31,912 nucleotides of DNA, taken from positions 1 to 31,912 of IMG/VR virus record IMGVR_UViG_3300012347_000581, one strand, 5' to 3'. Numbering within the stretch: the stretch's first letter is position 1; every line of letters begins with the position of its first letter. Below the pieces are notes generated by a model. The model was not told the origin of the DNA and did no database searches. It saw nothing but the letters and a program-made list of their open reading frames with translations. Of this stretch, positions 10,408 through 20,018 are shown in pieces. The DNA is from a virus (taxonomy: Duplodnaviria; Caudoviricetes). The translations under genes and the position numbers were made by a program.

Positions 10408-11186
10408 TTTAAATTTAAATAGTGGTTGTGTTCAGCACGAATGTGCCCAGATTCGTTGATTGAGTAAAACAATGATTTATTGTTAACACTAATTGGGGGG
10501 TTATTGGGATTTATTAATTTATCATGATACTGATGAATAACATACGGCTCAGCAACAAAAGTAATTGGTAATTTTAAGTTTTTAATTCTAACAAGTAATT
10601 CATCGTCGTCATATTCGTATCCGTTTGCAAATCGTTCGTCAAATCCGTTTAGTTTAACTAGATTGGCTCGTGTGATAGCCGCTGTAAAATGATAGCCTTT
10701 AGATCGATGCTCGACATGATTGTACCACCATGACATTTTTTTCTTACCGTGCCCTGTTGCATTTGGTACAATAGTATCGCCTGAATGCAATCTAGCAGTA
10801 TCAGCCGAATCAGTTGCGTAACAGTGAAACGTAAGATAATTGTTGTCGGTTAAATTAGCACGAGTGTATGCAATTACATCTCCGATATGACAACATTCGG
10901 GATTTTGTAAGATAATTTTATCGCCACTACAATAGGAAAATCCAACATTAAATGGTACACACGGATTATAGTAAGTCTTTGTTGGACCGATTATATCAGC
11001 CATTTTAATAATTTTAAAGTTAATTGACGGAAATTCTAAAGGAATAGAATCTAGCTGATGTGCAGTATCGCTAAAGTCGTCGACTATTACTACTTCGAAA
11101 TTTGTATCTGTAGTTTTTAAAATTGAATTTAACGTAAATCTTAAATGATGAATTCGGTTATAATATGCTGTTACAATTGAAATCAT
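10404..11186 (-). CDS. GT2 glycosyltransferase with GT7-like C-terminus
   Basis: ISIVTAYYN, IVDDFS, NGFDERFANGYEYDDDEL, HQYH. Confidence 0.85.
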   Translation of the reverse strand: MISIVTAYYNRIHHLRFTLNSILKTTDTNFEVVIVDDFSDTAHQLDSIPLEFPSINFKIIKMADIIGPTKTYYNPCVPFNVGFSYCSGDKIILQNPECCHIGDVIAYTRANLTDNNYLTFHCYATDSADTARLHSGDTIVPNATGHGKKKMSWWYNHVEHRSKGYHFTAAITRANLVKLNGFDERFANGYEYDDDELLVRIKNLKLPITFVAEPYVIHQYHDKLINPNNPPISVNNKSLFYSINESGHIRAEHNHYLNLK

Positions 11187-11869
11187 TGATTATCCTTATA
11201 AGTATTCCAAAATTTTGTTCTAGTTAAACTAGATTTACCATTTAATTTAGTTAATGCAATTCCCATAATGTAATTATGCAATTCTATAGTTACTACTTTT
11301 GCATTAATTGCATTATCGGCCGGTAAAAAAGTATTGTTATATGTTTCTAGTAATTTTTTAGCTGCATGCGGTTTTATGGCATATCCGCAACATCCGGGCA
11401 TTGACGAGTGAGTATACTCGATAGCTGCAGGCTTGCCATCTGGGTTTTCTAAGTATTTCATCCAATTTGGACTTTTCTTTGGATGCCCTAACGCAACAAT
11501 TAATACATCTTTCCATTCAATTGGTGTATACGGCCTAGATAAGACAATATCGTCTTCAAATATTAGAATTGGTTCGTTTAACTCCACACATTTCTCCCAT
11601 AGTCTGTAATGACTATAAAAGCACCCTTTGATACCAGGAGTTTGCATTTTTTCTAATGCAGGATTAGATAAATCAAACGTACCTTTAATGCCTTCGTGAT
11701 GTAATGCTCTACCTTCTGAGAGCATTTGTTGTGCGGCATCTACCCCGTATGTACCTTCAAACAATTCAACCGGCATGTTAAACTTTTCTAACTGTTCTTT
11801 TAAATTTAGTGCAGTCTCTAATGACGGGGCAATTTTTGATAAATGAATAATAAAACTTTTCATTTCCAA
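11183..11869 (-). CDS. GT25 family glycosyltransferase
   Basis: GCFYSHYRLW, IFEDD, GYAIKPHAAKKL, PAD; start may be the second Met (11863). Confidence 0.85.
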   Translation of the reverse strand: MEMKSFIIHLSKIAPSLETALNLKEQLEKFNMPVELFEGTYGVDAAQQMLSEGRALHHEGIKGTFDLSNPALEKMQTPGIKGCFYSHYRLWEKCVELNEPILIFEDDIVLSRPYTPIEWKDVLIVALGHPKKSPNWMKYLENPDGKPAAIEYTHSSMPGCCGYAIKPHAAKKLLETYNNTFLPADNAINAKVVTIELHNYIMGIALTKLNGKSSLTRTKFWNTYKDNQ

Positions 11870-12669
11870 TATGCCTCATTTCTTTTTACTGTTAAATCTT
11901 TATCTAGACTTCGACCTGCTGATTTTCGATTACCTTTTAAATGATCTAAATATGCACCCCATTGACTATTAATCAACGGATGCCCTTCACCCTTTATAAT
12001 CCCAGCACTCCAATTTTGCTGTTTCATAGTTGGAAACTTATGTCGAACTGCATCGAATACAAAGCTGTCATGCCATTCTTCTAATTGAAAAATACCATCT
12101 TCGGCTTGGTCATAAAATCGTTTAAACTCTTTTAAAAATTCTAAAACAATTGGCGATTTTAAATTCATTGCATACAATCCGCATTCAGAATACTTACCTT
12201 CTCTGCCTAAGTATGACAAATCTGCACTAGCTGTACATAACGCAGACACTGCATTAAATGTAACAGGACTGTGACACACAGTATCGGCATCCATCCATAA
12301 TAAAATATCAGCATCAGTCCGTGCCGCGCAGTCAAAAATTGCATATACTTTGTGAGCAAATCGAACAGCATCCCATTTAAAGCCTTTGCCAGAATCTTTT
12401 CGTTTTGATCGAATCGGATCTAATGATACGTCTCCGTTTGCTTTTGGAATATCTTTCCATTTGGTTTTAAAATTAGTGAGATCACTAACTGTATCTAAAT
12501 CAATTGTAATAACTTGATTTGCATCGGGAATATGTGGAGTGCATTTTTCCGGATATACATATAGTGATACTTCTTTTGGCCAGTTGGCGCAAAATGTATT
12601 AATCATACGTTGACCGTATGTTTCTAACCCTTTTTTGTGAAAGGTTGTTACTACTGCAATTTTTGTCAT
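11860..12669 (-). CDS. Putative nucleotide-sugar transferase (GT-A)
   Basis: RFAHKV, LLWMDAD, SECG, WHDSFVFD, DHLKG; start at MTKIAVV overlaps the upstream stop. Confidence 0.7.
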   Translation of the reverse strand: MTKIAVVTTFHKKGLETYGQRMINTFCANWPKEVSLYVYPEKCTPHIPDANQVITIDLDTVSDLTNFKTKWKDIPKANGDVSLDPIRSKRKDSGKGFKWDAVRFAHKVYAIFDCAARTDADILLWMDADTVCHSPVTFNAVSALCTASADLSYLGREGKYSECGLYAMNLKSPIVLEFLKEFKRFYDQAEDGIFQLEEWHDSFVFDAVRHKFPTMKQQNWSAGIIKGEGHPLINSQWGAYLDHLKGNRKSAGRSLDKDLTVKRNEAYWK

Positions 12670-13061
12670 GATGGGATCCATTTCTGCATACGCTTAAAGA
12701 TTTCTACTAACGAATAACTCTCCGATCTAAAATATAAATAATCTTCTGCAGAAAGGGAATCTGCACCTTCAGTAAATATAATAGGCCGATAGCTAGTCCA
12801 TACGGGTTTTAATTTGCTTAAATTTGAGAAATGAGAATGATCTATAAATATAAAATCAATATCGGGAAAGATATTTACATCTTGAAAACCTTGTCTATGT
12901 ACAACATTTTTAAATCTCACTGATGGGTCGACTGCATCAATAACAAATACTGTACCGCAATGGGCTATTAGATCAGGTAAATACCCTAATCCAGATCCTA
13001 CCACTAAACAATTGCGGCAGCTAGACGACGATTGTAATATTCTTTTAGAAAATTTGCTCAT
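12666..13061 (-). CDS. Hypothetical protein (possibly degenerate Rossmann/methyltransferase-like)
   Basis: 131 aa, LVVGSGLG; first gene of the minus-strand operon. Confidence 0.65.
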   Translation of the reverse strand: MSKFSKRILQSSSSCRNCLVVGSGLGYLPDLIAHCGTVFVIDAVDPSVRFKNVVHRQGFQDVNIFPDIDFIFIDHSHFSNLSKLKPVWTSYRPIIFTEGADSLSAEDYLYFRSESYSLVEIFKRMQKWIPS

Positions 13062-13080
13062 TTTAATTAACTACTTACAT

Positions 13081-13087
13081 TATTTAT
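13081..13087 (-). promoter_or_regulatory. T4-late-like promoter (ATAAATA) for the minus-strand glycan operon
   Basis: TATTTAT in the 30-bp divergent gap. Confidence 0.45.
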
Positions 13088-13091
13088 CGCT

Positions 13092-13937
13092 ATGATTTCT
13101 TTCAAACTTTACCGTGAATACGGTGCATTAAACAGTTCGCCAGTATTTGACGCATTCCAGCAAGGGATAAAACACACTGGAAACAGTATTGTTGATTTGG
13201 ACGAGGATGTAGCTGTAATATGGTCTGTTCTATGGAAAGGTCGAATGCACGGTAATTTATCAGTGTATCAATCTAGAACTACAGCGAACAAACCTACTAT
13301 TATTATCGAAGTTGGTAATCTTATTAGAGGAAAAACTTGGCGTATAAGTATGCACAATGTTAATCGATTAGGATACTTCGGAAATACTACCCAGTTAGAT
13401 TGCAATCGCCCTGCTACGCTAGGAGTAACTCTTAAAGACTGTAACACCCATAGAAATTCAGAAATATTAATTACAGGGCAACACGAAGCTAGTTTACAGT
13501 GGTCCGGATTACCATCTACTGCAGAATGGGTAACTAATTTAGTTACACAGCTACGTCGCTATACAGATCGGCCTATAAAGTTTCGACCGCACCCGCGTTC
13601 AAATATTAGTGTATCAAATTTAGCAATCGATTACCCTAAAAAAATATCAGGCACATACGACGACTATAATATGAATTATAACTATCATTGTATTATTAAT
13701 CATAACAGTGGTCCAACAGTGCAATCTGCTATCAACGGAACTCCGATTATTTGTCACTCATCTAGTCTAGCATTTCCAGTTAGTGATATGGTTGGAAACA
13801 TTGATAACCCAGTGTTATTAGATAGATCGGCTTGGTTTTTAGGACTATGTCATACTGAATGGACTGTTGATGAAATTGCATCTGGTATCCCATTACAACG
13901 TTTAATTCCAACAATTAATTCATACCTTACCAGTTGA
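13092..13937 (+). CDS. Capsule-biosynthesis-like putative glycosyltransferase
   Basis: IEVG, FRPHPR, NHNSGPTVQSAINGTP, EWTVDEI. Confidence 0.55.
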   Translation: MISFKLYREYGALNSSPVFDAFQQGIKHTGNSIVDLDEDVAVIWSVLWKGRMHGNLSVYQSRTTANKPTIIIEVGNLIRGKTWRISMHNVNRLGYFGNTTQLDCNRPATLGVTLKDCNTHRNSEILITGQHEASLQWSGLPSTAEWVTNLVTQLRRYTDRPIKFRPHPRSNISVSNLAIDYPKKISGTYDDYNMNYNYHCIINHNSGPTVQSAINGTPIICHSSSLAFPVSDMVGNIDNPVLLDRSAWFLGLCHTEWTVDEIASGIPLQRLIPTINSYLTS

Positions 13938-13962
13938 CATGCTCTACATATTGTAGTATAAT
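13934..13962 (+). promoter_or_regulatory. Consensus sigma70 promoter
   Basis: TTGACA-17 bp-TATAAT; ATG at 13969. Confidence 0.9.
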
Positions 13963-13968
13963 AGTTGT

Positions 13969-15177
13969 ATGGCACAATTTACATACATCGAAGACATTTT
14001 TGTAGAATTTTACAATCGTATCTTGAGTTCTACTTTAATTGATTTAGAACAAAACGAAGATACTGCAAGTTTTAGCTTTTTTTCATTATGTGCCGATAAC
14101 AAAGCAGTTACTGCAAAGCAAGCTAAATTCATGCTGGTATTATTAAAAAAATATCAAATGTACGTCTGTGATACTACGTTTGACTACACTGAGGCACTAA
14201 TAAATCCAGTATTTAAACATCCTTTTAGAGTGATAGATACATCTCGTCGGATGTATATTGTCAAAGAAGACGACGGCAAAATTTTAGTTTACTTCAAATT
14301 CCCATCTATGTTTAAAGATATTTTTAACAATTCCGTAAAAGAATTTACTCATATACCAGCTCCAATGATATATTTTTCAACTGATGTTGGTGCAAGAGTC
14401 GTTGATTTTTATGATATTAATATTATTAGAGCAAGCGAATTTGCACTCGAGAATAATTTTGTATTAGATACATCAGTGCTTGATGCAGTTGTTGCAACAG
14501 AAACTGCATGGGAAAATAGTGAAACATTATCATTTCGACAAGAAAATGTTGACGGTAAAGTTGCGTTATTTCCGGCCAACGCAGATACTAGTGCATATTT
14601 CGAAACTGTGCAAACTGGGAATCTTGTACGTGATCAGTTTCTTGCTAAGGTGATGGGATATCCGTTAGTGTCTGCATCTGCACCAACAAGTGTAATCAAC
14701 AAAGTGCTAGCATCAAATAGCAATTTATTCTGGTGTGATACTAACTTAAAGTTATTTGAACTGTATAATACATTACAGTGCAAAATTGCAATTGTATTAG
14801 AGTCAGGTGTACCAACATTTGATTGGTTAAATCAATTTGTAACAGATGCAGATCAATGTAGCATTCCGCGTGATAAAATAAAAGTATGTTTTAGAGAAAC
14901 TGTGTCTGCACTTAATGATACTAAATCAATTAGTGCATGGATTAAAGAAAATGATGTAGGCGGTACTGTTAAAGACGGCGACATTTTTATTTTTAATCAA
15001 AAGCCGGCAAAATGGATTTTTGCCGATGACATATCTATCCAAATTGCAGTTTGTACATCGTTGTACCCATCGACGAATACACTAAGTCGAAATTTATTTA
15101 ACACACATCCGTGTGTCGTGTATCTTTCGGCAATTAAACCAACTATTAAAGGGAACAAGAAAATTGTTAAATTATAA
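13969..15177 (+). CDS. Hypothetical protein
   Basis: 402-aa ORF behind a perfect promoter; no motif recognised. Confidence 0.8.
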   Translation: MAQFTYIEDIFVEFYNRILSSTLIDLEQNEDTASFSFFSLCADNKAVTAKQAKFMLVLLKKYQMYVCDTTFDYTEALINPVFKHPFRVIDTSRRMYIVKEDDGKILVYFKFPSMFKDIFNNSVKEFTHIPAPMIYFSTDVGARVVDFYDINIIRASEFALENNFVLDTSVLDAVVATETAWENSETLSFRQENVDGKVALFPANADTSAYFETVQTGNLVRDQFLAKVMGYPLVSASAPTSVINKVLASNSNLFWCDTNLKLFELYNTLQCKIAIVLESGVPTFDWLNQFVTDADQCSIPRDKIKVCFRETVSALNDTKSISAWIKENDVGGTVKDGDIFIFNQKPAKWIFADDISIQIAVCTSLYPSTNTLSRNLFNTHPCVVYLSAIKPTIKGNKKIVKL

Positions 15178-15201
15178 TACTCAACAAATTAAAGGCTAAC
15201 T

Positions 15202-16689
15202 ATGACAATTTGTAAATTGCATATCCTCGACGAAGTTAATATAAAAGTTTCAAACTTAGCAATCGAAACTAGAAGAAAAATCGTAAATAAGTTAAAATAT
15301 GAATTACCTTACGCACGACATATGCCTGCGTACAAACTTGGCCGATGGGATGGTACAAAAACATTCTTTGGTATTGGTGGAACTGGTTACTTAGCACATC
15401 TTGATGTCATTTTACCTATTATCGAAAATGACGGCTACGAAATTGAAGTTGAAGACCTACGCAAACCCACTGTATTTCAATTTACCCCAGTAACCGAAAC
15501 ATTTTGGGCAGACCAAGGAAAAACATGGCCGGCTGGGCATCCAAATGCAGGTATGCCTATTTTACTTCGAGATTATCAATATGATGTAGTAAATCAGTTT
15601 TTAGCAAATCCGCAAAGCTTACAAGAAATTGCAACAGGTGCCGGCAAAACTATTACAACTGCAACACTGAGTAAATTGTGTGAACCTTACGGTCGTACTA
15701 TGGTCATTGTACCTAATAAAAGTTTAGTAGTACAAACTGAAGAAGATTACAAAAATCTCGGTCTTGACGTAGGTGTATACTTTGGAGATCGTAAAGAATT
15801 AAATAAGACTCACACAATATGCACATGGCAAAGTCTTAATGTGCTCGATAAAAAGAGCTATGACAATCCTGATATTTTGTCATTGGCCGAATTTACCGAA
15901 GGTGTTAGTGCAATTATTATCGACGAAGTACATCAAGCAAAGGCCGAAGTTCTTACAAAATTGCTAACACAAAATTTTAAAAACTGTGCGATTCGATGGG
16001 GGCTCACAGGCACTGTTCCTAAAGAAGCTTGGGAATTTCAAGGAATCTTAGCCAGTATTGGGCCGGTTATAAATCATGTATCGGCTCATGATTTACAAGA
16101 AAAAGGCGTACTTGCAAGTTTACAAATTAATATTTTGCAAACAAACGAAATTCTAGCATTCAAAGGATTTCAAGAAGAATATGCATACTTAGTAACAAAT
16201 CCAGGTCGACTAGATTGGATGGCAACTAAGCTACACGAGATAAGTCAAACTGGCAATACATTAGTATTAGTTAATCGAATTAGCACTGGAGAAATGCTCC
16301 AAGAGAGACTAACTACGGTTCTGCAGACAACTGATCAAACAGCTGAAGTTCCTTTTATTTGTGGAGCTGTGAAGCTTAATGACAGAAAAGACGAATATGA
16401 TGATATTAAAACTAGTAATAATAAAATTATTTTAGCCACATATGGAGTAGCTGCAGTGGGTATTAATATTCCTAGAATTTTTAATCTTGTTCTTATAGAA
16501 CCAGGAAAATCATTTGTTCGAGTTATTCAATCAATAGGACGTGGTATTCGAAAAGCCCAAGATAAAGACTATGTCGATATTTGGGATATTACATCAGCAT
16601 GTAAGTATTCAAAAAAACATTTAACCGAGCGAAAAAAATACTACAAAGATGCCAAGTATCCATTTAAAATAACAAAGATTGATCTATGA
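15202..16689 (+). CDS. uvsW: SF2 DNA helicase, UvsW-like
   Basis: LRDYQ, ATGAGKT, DEVH, GLTGT, QSIGRGIR; WDG N-terminal motif. Confidence 0.9.
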   Translation: MTICKLHILDEVNIKVSNLAIETRRKIVNKLKYELPYARHMPAYKLGRWDGTKTFFGIGGTGYLAHLDVILPIIENDGYEIEVEDLRKPTVFQFTPVTETFWADQGKTWPAGHPNAGMPILLRDYQYDVVNQFLANPQSLQEIATGAGKTITTATLSKLCEPYGRTMVIVPNKSLVVQTEEDYKNLGLDVGVYFGDRKELNKTHTICTWQSLNVLDKKSYDNPDILSLAEFTEGVSAIIIDEVHQAKAEVLTKLLTQNFKNCAIRWGLTGTVPKEAWEFQGILASIGPVINHVSAHDLQEKGVLASLQINILQTNEILAFKGFQEEYAYLVTNPGRLDWMATKLHEISQTGNTLVLVNRISTGEMLQERLTTVLQTTDQTAEVPFICGAVKLNDRKDEYDDIKTSNNKIILATYGVAAVGINIPRIFNLVLIEPGKSFVRVIQSIGRGIRKAQDKDYVDIWDITSACKYSKKHLTERKKYYKDAKYPFKITKIDL

Positions 16690-17192
16690 AAATATTAACA
16701 TTACAAAATATAGCTTTTGATTTAAACGACTTACCCGAAGAAGTAAGTGAAGATCTACGATTTTCAGTATTAGACAATTCTAATCCTGCTGAACCTGATT
16801 ACTTTTTTATGCCTCTAATATTTTTAGAATCATTCAATGCCCCGGCAATTGTCTTGCGCATTGCCGGGCATGAAGTCCAGATGCCATTAGATTGGTGTGT
16901 TGTTGTTGGAGATAAAGAGTGCGGATTAGACCCCGAAGTACTGCCGCTAACTTCGATTAACGAGAGAGGATTTGAAGCACTGCTATTTAATCCAATTAAC
17001 GGATTTAGGGCAGAATTTGCACCAATAGAAATTGTAAATATATATCAAGACGTAAAATGGTATTTTCCAAAAATGAAAAACGGACAACTGCTAACAGTTC
17101 CACTTGGTGACGAAGCTAGTCCACTTTGTGCATATTTTGTAAAAGAAATTTCTAGACAGAGCGAAGTAATTCAACTTGATAAATTAGTATAA
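16686..17192 (+). CDS. Hypothetical protein
   Basis: 168 aa, 4-nt overlap with uvsW. Confidence 0.8.
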   Translation: MKILTLQNIAFDLNDLPEEVSEDLRFSVLDNSNPAEPDYFFMPLIFLESFNAPAIVLRIAGHEVQMPLDWCVVVGDKECGLDPEVLPLTSINERGFEALLFNPINGFRAEFAPIEIVNIYQDVKWYFPKMKNGQLLTVPLGDEASPLCAYFVKEISRQSEVIQLDKLV

Positions 17193-17202
17193 AGGAAAAC
17201 AT

Positions 17203-17556
17203 ATGAGTAAATTTGGTAAAGTATGGGGTGAGACAGAATTGTTAGAAGCAAACGGAGTATTAGAATTTCATCGGATTGAAGCTAATGCCGGCGGAGTGTG
17301 TTCCAAGCACAAGCACAAATATAAATGGAATGGATTTTTTGTCGAATCAGGAAAAATGATTATTCGAGTATGGAAAAATAATTATGATTTAGTCGACGAA
17401 ACAGTATTAACTGCTGGACAATATACAAAAGTAGCACCCGGCGAATATCATCAATTCGAAGCTGTAGAAGATACTATTGCATTTGAGCTATACTGGGCAG
17501 AATTTGATCATAATGATATCGAACGAGAAAATGTAGGACATGCAAAACATGAATGA
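17203..17556 (+). CDS. Cupin-domain protein
   Basis: KVWG, SKHKH...FFVESG, PGEYHQF; AAGGA RBS. Confidence 0.85.
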   Translation: MSKFGKVWGETELLEANGVLEFHRIEANAGGVCSKHKHKYKWNGFFVESGKMIIRVWKNNYDLVDETVLTAGQYTKVAPGEYHQFEAVEDTIAFELYWAEFDHNDIERENVGHAKHE

Positions 17557-17725
17557 TATTAAATATGTGTATGAACGTGTAAATGATATAATTTATCGTA
17601 GACAAGTCAACAATAATCATCGTATAATAGTAGAGTACAAGTACACTCCTGCAGCGTATACACCTACATGGAGTGACATATCATTATCAACTCATAACCG
17701 GTATATAAATTCAAATGAGCAATAA
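17540..17725 (+). CDS. Small hypothetical protein
   Basis: Fills the gap with overlaps at both ends; start may be 17549. Confidence 0.45.
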   Translation: MQNMNDIKYVYERVNDIIYRRQVNNNHRIIVEYKYTPAAYTPTWSDISLSTHNRYINSNEQ

Positions 17726-18179
17726 ACTCGAATTAAAAGATGTCTTGGCTGCTATTGATTTAGATAGCAAAGACGTATGGGACGAGCTAACTGACGAACA
17801 GCGTAAAAGCGTAACATTTTATACGTTGAATCGATACATTTCAAATGTGCGAGGGTCTCGTGAACTTAAAGAACACTATGTACTATTAGGCAACGAAGTA
17901 TTTAATAAAAATTTATTTGCTATCATGTCTAAGCATCCAAAGCTTACATGGCAGCTAGCTTGTTCTTGTGCGCATGAATCAAAAAAAATTCAATCACATG
18001 AATGGTTATCTCTTAAAAAAGAGAAAAACAAAAAAGAAGAATTTTTAGCTGAATTATTTCCAAATATGAAAAGGAGCGATCTTGAAACCCTCAACGCAAT
18101 TACCACAGTTGATGACATTAAGCGACATTGTGAAGGACTTGGATGGGATAAAAAGAAGATCAGCTCCATTAAATTTTAA
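17715..18179 (+). CDS. Probable clamp-loader small subunit (T4 gp62-like)
   Basis: Size; FYTLNRYIS...N...HPKL...KKIQSHEWL pattern recalls gp62; replication context. Confidence 0.5.
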   Translation: MSNKLELKDVLAAIDLDSKDVWDELTDEQRKSVTFYTLNRYISNVRGSRELKEHYVLLGNEVFNKNLFAIMSKHPKLTWQLACSCAHESKKIQSHEWLSLKKEKNKKEEFLAELFPNMKRSDLETLNAITTVDDIKRHCEGLGWDKKKISSIKF

Positions 18180-18846
18180 ATGCGAATACTGCGGCAAAAA
18201 GTTTGCAAAAGAAAATACACTAATGATCCACATCTGCGAGCAAAAGCGCAGACATATGAATAAGTCCGAAAGACATGTTCAGATGGGGATGATGGCGTAT
18301 CAGAAGTTTTACGAACTAACTCAAAAAAGTAAAATGCCAAAAACATTTGACGAATTTGCAGCTAGTCCGTATTACACTGCATTTGTTAAGTTTGGAAGTT
18401 TCATGATTAACACTGCTCCGATTTATCCAGAACGATTTATTACATTTGTAATTAAAAGCAATGTTAAATTAGATCATTGGTGCAGAGACGAGCTATATGA
18501 TCAATACATTTCAGAATTGATAAAAATTGAACCTGCCGATGGTGCTATCCAACGAACACTAACTACTATGCTCGAGTGGGGCGATAAGAATAAAAGCCCA
18601 TGGGAGCACTATTTTGCATATGTAAACTTAAATAGAGCAACACATGATCTTAAGGAAGGGTTAGTATCACCCTGGATAGTTTTGAATTCAAAAGCAGGTA
18701 AAGCTATGCTTAAAAATATGAATGACGAACAGCTTGAAATTGTCGGCCCTATTATAGATCCGCAATTTTGGCAAAAGCGATTTCGCAATCATCCTGCAGA
18801 TTTGGAATTAGTTAAAGATGTTATAAAGGAAGCTAAAATATTATGA
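18112..18846 (+). CDS. Zinc-finger protein (C-x2-C-x12-H-x-C)
   Basis: CEYCGKKFAKENTLMIHIC; start uncertain, overlaps the previous gene. Confidence 0.7.
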   Translation: MTLSDIVKDLDGIKRRSAPLNFKCEYCGKKFAKENTLMIHICEQKRRHMNKSERHVQMGMMAYQKFYELTQKSKMPKTFDEFAASPYYTAFVKFGSFMINTAPIYPERFITFVIKSNVKLDHWCRDELYDQYISELIKIEPADGAIQRTLTTMLEWGDKNKSPWEHYFAYVNLNRATHDLKEGLVSPWIVLNSKAGKAMLKNMNDEQLEIVGPIIDPQFWQKRFRNHPADLELVKDVIKEAKIL

Positions 18847-19061
18847 AGCCAAAAAGAATAGAAAAAGAGTTAGCCGAGAACGAAGATTACTTACTTGACG
18901 AAGACATCGACATGGAAGTATTAATCCCAGAAGATGCTACTGATATTTCAGTTTATGTTAAATTCACTGGGTTTGATACTAGAGAAGAAGCAACTGAGTT
19001 TGGCGAGTCATTAGCAGAAACTTTACCGTTATTAATTTTTGAATCTACTGTTTTGCATTAA
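18843..19061 (+). CDS. Small acidic hypothetical protein
   Basis: 72 aa, translationally coupled on both sides. Confidence 0.7.
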   Translation: MKPKRIEKELAENEDYLLDEDIDMEVLIPEDATDISVYVKFTGFDTREEATEFGESLAETLPLLIFESTVLH

Positions 19062-19624
19062 TGGATATTGATATCGATTTTTCAAATAGAACAGAGGCGC
19101 TGGGGTTATTTAAACACATTCCAGCTAGCCGAATTGAGAACGATAAATTAGTCAAGCATAATACAGGTGTGTATTTTCATCCAGTACCTGTATTAGCTGA
19201 AAAAAATATATCAGCTGTTCCTCATACGCAAGCAGAAGAATTTGGATATTTTAAAATTGACTTTTTAAATGTGGGGATTTATAAAGATGTACGCGATGAG
19301 GTACACTTGACTGAATTAATGAATAAGGAACCATTATGGGAATTGTTAGAACAAGACGAGTTTTCTAATATGCTGTTTCATATCAATGGGTACGGAGATA
19401 TTTTGCGACAAATGAAACCTAAATCTATTGAACAACTAGCTGCAGTGTTAGCAGTAATTCGACCTGCAAAACGACACCTGGCAGGGAAAGATTGGACAAC
19501 AGTAAATGCCGAAGTATGGAGTACTACTAGCAATGACGGCTACGCATTTAAACGTAGTCATGCTACCGCTTATGCTATGGCAATTGTTGTTCAAATGAAT
19601 GCAATTTGTGAGTCAGTAAGTTAA
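19061..19624 (+). CDS. Miniature DNA polymerase III alpha (DnaE)-like catalytic domain
   Basis: DIDIDF, KHNTGV, FKIDFL, LAVIRP, YAFKRSHATAYA in DnaE order. Confidence 0.8.
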   Translation: MDIDIDFSNRTEALGLFKHIPASRIENDKLVKHNTGVYFHPVPVLAEKNISAVPHTQAEEFGYFKIDFLNVGIYKDVRDEVHLTELMNKEPLWELLEQDEFSNMLFHINGYGDILRQMKPKSIEQLAAVLAVIRPAKRHLAGKDWTTVNAEVWSTTSNDGYAFKRSHATAYAMAIVVQMNAICESVS

Positions 19625-19992
19625 GACATTTTTCGCACCAATGTAATTGACTTCCGTTTAATACGTTTTACTAAAATGTCATTAAGGCTTGTTATTGGGC
19701 CAAGTATAACCTTAACATCCTTAGTGGCAAAATTTCGTATAATGTATTTAAACGGAGCAATGTCTTGCTTGAGGAAAATACTAATTGGTATTTGTCGATT
19801 AGACTCCCACCACCATACTTCTCCTAATTCTAAAAAATAAGCCTTTTCTTGCTCAGTCTTAAGTAAAGAATAGTCGTACATGCTAGTAACAAGCGCATCT
19901 TGATTTAATATAATTCCAACATATTCTTTCTCAGTATGAGTTAACACTGATATGAATGGGAAATTTTCTTGTAAATTTTCTGTTATCCGCAT
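19621..19992 (-). CDS. Hypothetical protein
   Basis: 123 aa, WWWESNR motif; fills the gap. Confidence 0.75.
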   Translation of the reverse strand: MRITENLQENFPFISVLTHTEKEYVGIILNQDALVTSMYDYSLLKTEQEKAYFLELGEVWWWESNRQIPISIFLKQDIAPFKYIIRNFATKDVKVILGPITSLNDILVKRIKRKSITLVRKMS

Positions 19993-19994
19993 AG

Positions 19995-20001
19995 ATAAAT
20001 A
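19995..20001 (+). promoter_or_regulatory. T4-late-like promoter (ATAAATA)
   Basis: In the divergent gap upstream of 20019. Confidence 0.5.
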
Positions 20002-20018
20002 TTATAAAGGTCCTTTGT

